Shown here: positions 20,550 through 29,008 of the stretch, piece after piece
Position numbering within the stretch: the stretch's first letter is position 1
Layout of the letters: every line of letters starts with the position of its first letter
Notes under the pieces: generated by a model
Databases searched by the model: none
Told to the model about the DNA's origin: nothing
The model's input: only the letters and a program-made list of their open reading frames with translations
Translations under genes and position numbers: made by a program
NCBI GenBank assembly: GCA_963782525.1
Contig: CAWAKC010000001.1
Coordinates: forward strand, 288,001 to 352,000
DNA length: 64,000 bases
Origin: Candidatus Bathyarchaeota archaeon
Lineage (GTDB): Archaea; Thermoproteota; Bathyarchaeia; Bathyarchaeales; Bathycorpusculaceae
Reading direction: 5' to 3'

Positions 20550-22384
20550 TTAAGATAAGTATGGATAAACGAAGAAGAAACGGGTGCCCCAGAAATCACC
20601 GGATAAAACAACGCAAACAGCGCCACTGTACCCGCAAATATGGCTATGGCAGCGATTTTTCCTTCACGGGTGTGCCAATATTTGTTGATGAAGTATGTTG
20701 TTGCTAAGCATAGCAGGGGCACGCTGAGGTAGAAATGGTAGATGTAAGTTGCTCTGCCAATGAAGATGTAGGGAAGCCAACTGAAGAAGAATACGACGGT
20801 TATGTATATTGCTGGTATATCCCAGCCCTGGGCGCGGATGCTGATTTGTTTTCGTGTGGATGAGTTTGATATTCGGCTCCGCAAGTTTGCCACCAACTGT
20901 CGTCCATGGATAGCTCTCTCTGTGAGGACAAGCATGAGGGCGAAGCCGAGCCACCAAACCAATGGATTGCCGAAAACTGTGATGGTGGAAAGGGTATTGT
21001 TGGGTAGACCGTATGATACATCGAACCATCTCGGAACGTTAACACCATCTAGCCTAAACATAAATGGCCAACTCCACCAAGGCGCCGAAGAGGGGTCAAC
21101 AACGGTGCCTGAATGGAAAGACAACATGGCACCCTGCAGTTTGAGAATCGTTAGGAAGGAATCACCTGCAAGCATGTCAGGTAAGTAGGTTGCAAAATAG
21201 ATTGCAACGGCTATTCCAAAAAATGCTAACAGCAACATTGCTGGGTGTTCAAAGAAAGCCAGGTACTTGCCGCCCAAGCTCTTTTTGAGTCTGGATAAAT
21301 CTTTTATTCTCACTGCAACCAACAACGCCAGCAGCCCAGCGGCGCCCAAGAGCGTAAACCATTTTGTTGAGAAACCCAACGCAAAGAAAACCACTGCCAA
21401 AAACAACGGCCACACAGACGTCTTCTTGAACCCGTCTTTAACGACGTTCATGAAGTAAATTAAAAAGAACAATTGAGAAACCAACGAGAAAAACACTACG
21501 TACGTGTCGACGGTGCCGATGCGTGACATCGTGAAATGCATAAAGTCAAATGAAAACAGGAAAGCTGCAGAGAACCCAGCAATCCAAGTTCCAAACAACC
21601 TCTTGCCCAACAGATACATTAGAGGAACCATCAAAGTTGCGAAAAGCACACCCATTATACGCCAGCCAAACGGTGTAGCACCGAAAAGCGCCACGCCAGA
21701 GGCTTCAACGAGTTTTCCAAGCGGCGGATGGGTTCTCTCATCAGGTATCTGATGGTTGACGTAGTTTTCTGCTGACCTTGCAAAGTAGACTTCGTCAAAG
21801 TACATCTTTGACATATAGGTTGGGGGGATTTCGAGTTTATTCTGTTCATCAACCAAGTTGGCTAAAGTTGTATCAGTCGTGTTTACGCCAGTAATTTCAG
21901 TGATAAGAATTTGTTGGCTGCTTTGGCTTTCCACTCCGATTTCAGCCACTTGAATAAACGGTGTAGCGGGTTGGTCGGAAGGGTTGGTTACGCCCCAGTT
22001 CGAGAACATAGGCTGAGAATCATAGTTTACCGCTGTTACATTGAACTCTAAATACTGTGTATTCACGTTCGCAGAAAAGGTTTGGTAGACTGAGTAGTCG
22101 GTGCCTCTGGGTTGAAGAGCAAATTGACCTAGGTAACTCCAGTTGCCAGGGTCTCCCGAGTAAACATTGACGCTTGCGTTGCCGCTGTGAACCCAGAAAT
22201 ATACGTTTTGAACGGGTTGAGTTGACCCCAAGTTGATGTAGAAACTCTCTTGCTGAGTGCTCTGCCAACTCGTAGTTGGATACTGAATATCACCCACGTT
22301 CCAAGCGGCTATGCCAAAGAAGACTATCGATAGCAAAACAATGGTTATGACGTCTTTTTTGGTTATGTTAAATCCAAGATTTAT
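20519..22384 (-). CDS. Dol-P-Man protein O-mannosyltransferase-like (GT39/PMT)
   Basis: YFDEVYF, THPPLGK, FGWR, SAPWWSWP, YIYHF. Frame extends upstream of the called TTG to ATA 22384 behind an AGGTGA SD. Confidence 0.88.
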   Translation of the reverse strand: MNLGFNITKKDVITIVLLSIVFFGIAAWNVGDIQYPTTSWQSTQQESFYINLGSTQPVQNVYFWVHSGNASVNVYSGDPGNWSYLGQFALQPRGTDYSVYQTFSANVNTQYLEFNVTAVNYDSQPMFSNWGVTNPSDQPATPFIQVAEIGVESQSSQQILITEITGVNTTDTTLANLVDEQNKLEIPPTYMSKMYFDEVYFARSAENYVNHQIPDERTHPPLGKLVEASGVALFGATPFGWRIMGVLFATLMVPLMYLLGKRLFGTWIAGFSAAFLFSFDFMHFTMSRIGTVDTYVVFFSLVSQLFFLIYFMNVVKDGFKKTSVWPLFLAVVFFALGFSTKWFTLLGAAGLLALLVAVRIKDLSRLKKSLGGKYLAFFEHPAMLLLAFFGIAVAIYFATYLPDMLAGDSFLTILKLQGAMLSFHSGTVVDPSSAPWWSWPFMFRLDGVNVPRWFDVSYGLPNNTLSTITVFGNPLVWWLGFALMLVLTERAIHGRQLVANLRSRISNSSTRKQISIRAQGWDIPAIYITVVFFFSWLPYIFIGRATYIYHFYLSVPLLCLATTYFINKYWHTREGKIAAIAIFAGTVALFALFYPVISGAPVSSSFIHTYLKWFPSWGDFA

Positions 22385-23565
22385 TTGGGTTCACCTGTCT
22401 GTCGGGTTTGGGTCAACTCAGGAGTTTTTGTTAGCGGGTATCTTCCTTTAAGCTCATCCCACAGGAGTACTGAGCCATAAATGAACATGACTAAATTAAT
22501 AATGCTTACCGCTAGAACCACCAAATCCCCGCTTGGAATAAATGCACCAAGATTTAGGTAGTAGAGTACGTATGCTTGGTTAACCAGCAAGGTCCCAGTT
22601 AAAACCACGTAGAGAGGTCGGGCTTTCTTGATGAACGGGAACATCAAAGTGAGCATGCTTATGGCTGGAAACAGATACCGCTCATGAATCCGTGTAGGCA
22701 GCATAAAGAAAGCGAAGAAAAGCATGAAGGCAACAAAAACAGCAAGCCATTCATCTGAAACGTTAAATCGCTTATGCAAAACATAAATGGCGAATACAGC
22801 AAACCCTCCAAACAGTACCCAACCCAAAATGTTGAGACCGCCATCAGGCTGCCATAATCCAAATATTCCCCATAAATTGAAAGCGTTAATCGAAGTGTAC
22901 TGGTAGCCGCTGTATGCTCCAAAGTAAATTTTGCTTAGGAAAGTCATGGGGTTGGTCCATTCGAAGGGCAAGATTACCACAAACAATGTCGCAGCAAAAG
23001 CACCGACGGAAATTAGCAGGTTCTTTATGCCGTTCTTTCTGAAAATCAAGTAAATCAGCAGTGGCGCCAGTGCGATGCCTTGTGGCTTTGTTAATATGGC
23101 GAGGGCGAAGGCTACTGCGGAAAGTTTAGGCTTGCTTTTGAGCGCAAGCATGAGCGAGACAACTAAGAAGAAGGTGTAGATGGCGTCGTATTGTCCCCAG
23201 ACGGCGGTGTTGAAGATTACGGCTGGGTTGAAAGCGTAGAGCGCCGTTGATGTCAGCGCTAGCTTAAAGGTTGATTGTTTTCTAACAAAATAATAAATGA
23301 GACCTGCAGTGGCTAAATCGAAGATGTTGGGCACCCATTTGACGATGTTGGCTATACCGATGGCTGTCGCGTTTGCTATGGATCCAAAGAACCAGAAAAT
23401 GTAAACGTTGAACGGCGGATAATCTGCAAACGTTACAACCGAATAGAACGGTCTTATACCCTGCGAAGCAGCGGTGCCAAACCAAGAGATAAAATCGTTA
23501 GTGTCAATGGAGTATCCTTTAAGTGGAAAAAGGAGAACCCTAACTAACAGGGAAACAGCAAGCAC
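22381..23565 (-). CDS. GT-C fold membrane glycosyltransferase
   Basis: DYPP, YAFNPA..WGQYD, KPQ, NAFNLW, TRIHERYLFP. Frame is open upstream to CTG 23625. Confidence 0.82.
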   Translation of the reverse strand: MLAVSLLVRVLLFPLKGYSIDTNDFISWFGTAASQGIRPFYSVVTFADYPPFNVYIFWFFGSIANATAIGIANIVKWVPNIFDLATAGLIYYFVRKQSTFKLALTSTALYAFNPAVIFNTAVWGQYDAIYTFFLVVSLMLALKSKPKLSAVAFALAILTKPQGIALAPLLIYLIFRKNGIKNLLISVGAFAATLFVVILPFEWTNPMTFLSKIYFGAYSGYQYTSINAFNLWGIFGLWQPDGGLNILGWVLFGGFAVFAIYVLHKRFNVSDEWLAVFVAFMLFFAFFMLPTRIHERYLFPAISMLTLMFPFIKKARPLYVVLTGTLLVNQAYVLYYLNLGAFIPSGDLVVLAVSIINLVMFIYGSVLLWDELKGRYPLTKTPELTQTRQTGEPK

Positions 23566-23873
23566 TAATGCTAAAATAATGGTTTCGCGCTTGGCAAACG
23601 TGAAGTTAACCGCGTTTTCCCCCAGTTAAAAAAACAGTTGTTACTCAATGCATAAGAAGCTTTTTCCAAAAACCTTTTGGAAAAATGAAACATTTGAAAA
23701 TAGTGAACTAAAATAAAAAAAAGGGTTTGAGTAGCAATGTAACCTTAAGGTCCTAATGCTTAACCTGTGTGCCGCAGTTGGGGTAATAGTTTGGCTGAGA
23801 TGCCTGAGTTAACGGTTGAAGCTAAGGGTTTTCTTAAAGAAGTAATTCGATGCTAAATTACCCGCGCCTCTTC

Positions 23874-26090
23874 CTAATATTTTGTGTTGGAAAGTTTGAA
23901 GTTAGCGGAGCTGAAGGGTTTGAGTTTATTCGATTTGGAACGTCGGCGCTTTAGCAACAGTAACCCTATAACGAGGACCATTACAATGACAACGACTACA
24001 ACGAGAATTAAAGTGGTTGATGAGCTGTCACCACTAGATGCTCCACCACTTTGGGCGGTAAGAGCCAACGCCATGGTTGTTGATGATCCTTTGTAGTTGA
24101 TGGGTGTGCTCAATCCTTCGTATCCATCTCGTGTTATGTTGAAAGAGTATTGTCCGATAGTCACATTCGTGAAAATAATGTAGCCTGTTGAGTTAGTTAC
24201 TCCTGAGAGTGTTTTTGCTCCAGCCGGCTGAACCGTTGAAGAGATGGTTGCGTTGCTTAATGGGTTGCCGTCATAGTCTTCAATGCGCAACTGTATGATT
24301 CCTGTGCTATTGCTGGTTGTAGTTGAATTTGTCCTTGAGCTTGCAGTGGGAGTTGGAGTTGGAGTTGGGCTGGGTTTTGGCGTTGCCGTTGGGGCTGGAG
24401 TTGCTGGTGGAGGAGGTGAAACGGTTACTTGTGTGGTAGCTTGGGAAGTTATATATCCAGTTTTAACTGCGGTTGCTGTAACCGTGCAAGTAGTGGCTTG
24501 GGTAAAGCTTGGAGCGGTAAACGTTGTTTTGTAGTATCCGTTTCCCAAATCTGAGGCAGCTGTGAATGATCCACCGTTATCGGAAGCAAAAGTAAGGGTA
24601 GCACCTGCCACGTTGACGGAGTCAGCAGTTATGTAAACTACTACATCGGTTTTCTGCCCATTGTTAATACTTGTTGAATTGGCTATTGCAGATATTTGAA
24701 CAGGCAAGAAATCAATGGTGTAAGTCGTTAGGGTTCCTTGACCAGTCGTGTAACTTGATGCTATCGCTGTAATTGTAGTTGCTCCAGCCGTATTTGTTAC
24801 TGTGACGGTTCCAGTAGCTTGTGTTTGTCCGAAAGGAATGTTTAGAGTTGAATCAATAGTGCCCACTGTAGGAAGAGATGAAAACAAGTTTAAGATTACA
24901 TCTGCTTGTGGGTCTTTTGCAGGTCTTCCCTGCGAATCTTGAAGCTGCACCTGAACTGATTGATATGCACCTTTGTCAGAAGGCAGACTTGCTGGGCTGC
25001 AGTAAACTGCAAGTTTGGTTGGGGTAAAACCAGTCGTGGTTATTGTCTGTTGACTTCTTGACAGGTCAGTTGCCACTGCCGTTATAGTTGTGGATCCCGC
25101 TTTGTAGGTTGAATTTAACGTAGCCAAGGCATAAGTTTGATTCGCGGGAATTGTTAATTGTGAATCTATTTTGCCTACAGTTGGATCACTCGAGCCAAGA
25201 GAGACCAACACATCTGAATTGAAAGCTCCAACAAAACCTGTTGTTGAACTCTGCAATTCTACTGCAATTTGTTGATATGAGCTTTGATCTGCAGGAATTT
25301 GAATAGGGCCAGAAAAAATTTTCAGCTGATTTGGATTTGAAACTATCGGAGTTGTAGTCATTGTTACCTGCTGGGAGGTGTACCCTTGAGCGATAGTTGT
25401 TACAATAACCGACTTTGCTTTTCCTTCTGTCTGAGCCGCCGTAGTAGTGTTGAAGGTAGCGATTGCGTATGTTTTGCCTTCAGGAATCGTTACGTTGGGG
25501 CTAACTGTGCCGATTGATGTGTTTGTACAAGAAAGGCTTACTAAAATGCCTCCTTTAGGCGCTTTCGCTGGAACTCCATTAACATCTTGCATTTGAACCA
25601 TTATAGCATTGTAGGAGCCGCCATCGCCGGGCAGAGTTGATGGAAATCCATAGACAGCGACTGAACTAGGGATTGGTCCTACCGTGGATATTTGGGCTTG
25701 GACAGTTGCGTAGCCTGTAGCGGACGCTGAAATTGTGGATGAACCAGGCGAAAATGTTGAGAAAAAGTTTGCTGGGGCATATGTTGTGCCTTTAAGTATA
25801 GTTATTGATGAATCTACCGTTCCTATATTCGTGACTGAGGATGAGAGACTTATGGTTGTATCCTGCAGTGCCCGCGCAGGCTTATTGTTGGAATCTTGTA
25901 GTTGCACGATGATGCAGTTGTAAGTGTTGTTGTCTGCAAGGACGCTGCTTGGTCCGATGTAAATTTTAAGTTTTGCAGGGTCTGTTGTTGCTGCAAAGGT
26001 AGTGTTCAGGTTGACCGTTAAAAACGCGATTGCTATGACTACCAAAATCAGGATTGCCTGTGCGATTCTTTTCTGCAATATTTCCACCAT
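23874..26090 (-). CDS. Ig-like repeat cell-surface protein
   Basis: Signal peptide; four repeats of (KL.I..GP...PAD......VQLQD...PA....VSL.SS...G.....TIP.G.TYA); Pro/Thr linker; C-terminal TM plus KRRR. Confidence 0.85.
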   Translation of the reverse strand: MVEILQKRIAQAILILVVIAIAFLTVNLNTTFAATTDPAKLKIYIGPSSVLADNNTYNCIIVQLQDSNNKPARALQDTTISLSSSVTNIGTVDSSITILKGTTYAPANFFSTFSPGSSTISASATGYATVQAQISTVGPIPSSVAVYGFPSTLPGDGGSYNAIMVQMQDVNGVPAKAPKGGILVSLSCTNTSIGTVSPNVTIPEGKTYAIATFNTTTAAQTEGKAKSVIVTTIAQGYTSQQVTMTTTPIVSNPNQLKIFSGPIQIPADQSSYQQIAVELQSSTTGFVGAFNSDVLVSLGSSDPTVGKIDSQLTIPANQTYALATLNSTYKAGSTTITAVATDLSRSQQTITTTGFTPTKLAVYCSPASLPSDKGAYQSVQVQLQDSQGRPAKDPQADVILNLFSSLPTVGTIDSTLNIPFGQTQATGTVTVTNTAGATTITAIASSYTTGQGTLTTYTIDFLPVQISAIANSTSINNGQKTDVVVYITADSVNVAGATLTFASDNGGSFTAASDLGNGYYKTTFTAPSFTQATTCTVTATAVKTGYITSQATTQVTVSPPPPATPAPTATPKPSPTPTPTPTASSRTNSTTTSNSTGIIQLRIEDYDGNPLSNATISSTVQPAGAKTLSGVTNSTGYIIFTNVTIGQYSFNITRDGYEGLSTPINYKGSSTTMALALTAQSGGASSGDSSSTTLILVVVVVIVMVLVIGLLLLKRRRSKSNKLKPFSSANFKLSNTKY

Positions 26091-26511
26091 TAAGCCTAGT
26101 TGATTCTCGTCTTTTCTGGGTTAAGTTAGGCTTTGCAAAAACCGATTTAAGTATATTGTGTATTAATACAATATACACTTAAGTGTTGAACTGGTCTACA
26201 AGTAACCAGCAAAAGTCAGGTGCAATAGGGGGCTTAAGTGGGCAAACAACCCAGAGTGGTAGTGGACAAGCAAGTTATACAATACATTCCTCAATAGTGT
26301 CAGCTTGCACCCAAAAACAGACTAGCTATGGCTACTTAACTGTTAGCATAATAAAGAATAACCCAAGTTGTTGAAACTCAAACCACATCAGCAGAATATG
26401 GTGTTGTAACAGTTTCTGGTAGTTAAGGACCTAATTTTTTAAACCTTAAAAGTCTAGTTAAAGTGAAGCATCTTGAATTTTAAATATAAGCTAAGGTACC
26501 CAGGGCCCAAG

Positions 26512-26868
26512 GTCAAATACGAAAAAGTCTCCAACAGAGAGATTGAGACGTAAGACCTCTGACTTTGGCTGTTGGTTAACTGACATGAAATTAAAAACCA
26601 AAGAACAGCTTTCCGCTACTTTTTTATTTCATCAAATCATCAAAAGAGCAGGAAGAGAGAAAAGTAGAGTTAACTTGGGTACAAACATCAGAAAGAGAGA
26701 GATAAATGCCTGTGCCCAAGGTAACTCCTACTTATCACAATACTTGATTCTTGACAATAAATAATGATGTGATTGCACACATACAACAACATCAAGAGTC
26801 TAATGGAAAATGAACAAAAGAAGTCAAATACGAAAAAGTATCTTGAACGATATTGAGACGTGAGACCT
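26512..26868. repeat. Imperfect direct repeat pair, about 47 bp
   Basis: GTCAAATACGAAAAAGT-N12/13-ATTGAGACGTRAGACCT at 26512-26558 and 26823-26868. Confidence 0.85.
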
Positions 26869-27039
26869 AAGAAACTATCACTTATTGAATATACAATTTC
26901 TATAAAGAAAGATACGAAGACGCGTAATACATCCAAAGCCTATCTGGCTGTTTATAGGATATTCAAATCTTAATCTAATTGGGTTGAAAGGCACATTTAG
27001 AGCATATAAAAAAATTAAGCGTATTTAGAGCATATTAGG

Positions 27040-27747
27040 TTAAAGTTTGCCAATTACTGATTCATGATCATCTACCTTTTCAAAATATCTTTCTTCTAAA
27101 GGCACGTAAGTCCTTGCATCAATCCGTATGGTTTTTGCACACTTGGGTCAATCATACTTCAGCGCTTTATCCTTTTGAACTAGATTGTTAATAACTTCAA
27201 TTTTAGGAAGATAAACCTCAAACACATACGGTAATTCAGTATTGCCACTACAGTGAGGACACGATATCTTTAAACTCAAAGTTTTTCCCTCCAGCCCTTT
27301 TGGAATTGACTTTCTAATTGGTAGGATAACATTAGCAATTGCAAGCTCAATTGAATTATAATTTTCCAAGAGCAAAATATCATCAGAGTCTTTGGTAACA
27401 AAGCCTTTTAAGTTTACATTCTTTTGACTGATTGGAATAATTATTGGTGTATCCTTGTTTGTGGAAAACTTAGCTTTCAAATTCCTTCTAATAGTCTTAA
27501 CTGCTAATGCGAAGCCTAACTCTTGATTAACAAATTGAGAGGACTTTCCTTTTTCTGTTAGCAACACAATCATAAAGGAACTATTAATGATTTCATTCTG
27601 AATGCGCAGCTTAAACCCTTCCTCGAAGCTAAGGTAGTTTTCCGCTTTGTATGGTCTAAACTGGACTATTCTTCCTAATGAATCATGAAGAAGTTGTGCT
27701 AAGTTATTGTCTTGTCCAGCGTAAGAGATGAAAATATTATAGTTCAA
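27040..27747 (-). CDS. TIR-domain protein with C-terminal Zn ribbon, interrupted by in-frame TGA (27148-27150)
   Basis: IFISYA..SQFVNQELGFA TIR motifs; CPHC..[TGA]PKC; 35 further sense codons to TAA at 27040. Confidence 0.75.
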
Positions 27748-27888
27748 GTACCATCCCTTTGGTTATTTAGGTAAAACATTCTTTTCCCTTTATTCAGCTA
27801 TAACTTTTTTGTAGGATTAACGTTCCAGAATTAGTTTTTAGAGGAACCTTATATGCAGAGTTGACCAGTCTGGGGTCCTAACTTAGGA

Positions 27889-28212
27889 TTGGTCAAAATG
27901 AAAATCAAAGGTTATCGATTTGAATGTGAGGTCTGTAATAACTCTGTAGTATCCAGTATCCAAGTTTTCTTTAGAAAGAATGGAGAGGTATCCTATGCTA
28001 GGGCTAGGCATATTGGAGCGGATAAGAAGTTCTACTACCATCAACAAAGCCTAGAATATGTCAACAGAAAACTTGGAGAAATAGTCCATATTGACCATGG
28101 TCAAGCTGCTAATATCCAATACATTGGTTAAACTAAGGGAGAATTAAGTAAAGATATTAAATTGGAGCCTTCGGCGGGATTTGGACCCGCGACCATTACC
28201 TTACCAAGGTAA
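27889..28212 (+). pseudogene. Putative N-terminal fragment (intN) of an SSV1-type split integrase
   Basis: 80-aa CxxC ORF pointing into the tRNA-Thr 3' end. Past one TAA (28129) the same frame reads TKGELSKDIKLEPSAGFGPAT across the tRNA antisense. Confidence 0.5.
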
Positions 28213-28239
28213 CGCCCCACCGGGCTAGGCTACGAAGGC
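28163..28239 (-). tRNA. tRNA-Thr(GGU)
   Basis: GCCTTCG/CGAAGGC acceptor stem, TTACC-TTGGTAA-GGTAA anticodon arm, T arm GCGGG-TCCAAAT-CCCGC, encoded CCA. Confidence 0.95.
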
Positions 28240-28564
28240 GTTTTTCTTTTTCTTCTTGAAAGTGATTGCGGTATGCAATAAAGAGCTTACGGTTACAGCT
28301 CTGCGTCGCAACAAATGAATCCAACAAAACACAATCTTTCATAAAACCGAGGCCTCCACAACCAATTCACTTTCAACATACTCCCACATTACACCCACAC
28401 AGCCCAACATACAATCCATGATAGCAGTGTGGACCAATCCATCTCTCCACACTCAAACCACAAAAGAAAAACAACCCAAACCAAAAAAGCAAACAAACCC
28501 AAACCCCTAAGTGTAGTGTGCAATTATTAGCGCCCACACCCACACAAAACAAAAAGTCAATGGC

Positions 28565-28580
28565 AAATAAATATTAAAGC
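28565..28580 (+). promoter_or_regulatory. Probable BRE/TATA of tRNA-Leu
   Basis: AAATAAATATTAAAG about 35-45 bp upstream of the mature 5' end. Confidence 0.4.
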
Positions 28581-28612
28581 AACCTAACCTATTTCACACT
28601 ACGCAATCTTGT

Positions 28613-28700
28613 GCAGGGGTCTCCAAGCCAGGTCAACGGAGTAGGGCTTAGGACCCTATCGCGTAGGCGTTCGTGGGTTCGAATCCCACCCCCTGCACCA
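28613..28700 (+). tRNA. tRNA-Leu(UAG)
   Basis: GCAGGGG/CCCCTGC acceptor stem, TAGGG-CTTAGGA-CCCTA anticodon arm, long variable arm, GGTTCGAATCC, encoded CCA. Confidence 0.96.
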
Positions 28701-29008
28701 TATATATAAATAAACTCTAGGGGTTCCCCTAGCGAAACTTTAGTTTTCTTTAGTGGCCTATCTCGACTGTGCCTTTGCCTTCGACAATGAAAAAAAGACA
28801 TCAAAACAAGACAACACTCACTATTTCTATTTTAAAGTAATGATTTGCGATTGTTTTTATGCAAAGATAACTTGATGTCGACTTTGGAATTTATTTGCAC
28901 TCACGATAGGTGAGGACATATTAAATACGTCTCAATATGATAGGAACCTTTGTTGGCAAATAACCTTCTGATAGATTATTTGTCAAACAGAATAGGAGAA
29001 AAAGAAAA

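Noticed and set aside
23750-23830. Zinc-ribbon gene (QPNYYPNCGTQV)
   Set aside because: Tiny fragment with no start and one Cys missing; at most a relic.
28589-28804. 71-aa minus-strand ORF
   Set aside because: Antisense shadow of tRNA-Leu with no protein-like features.
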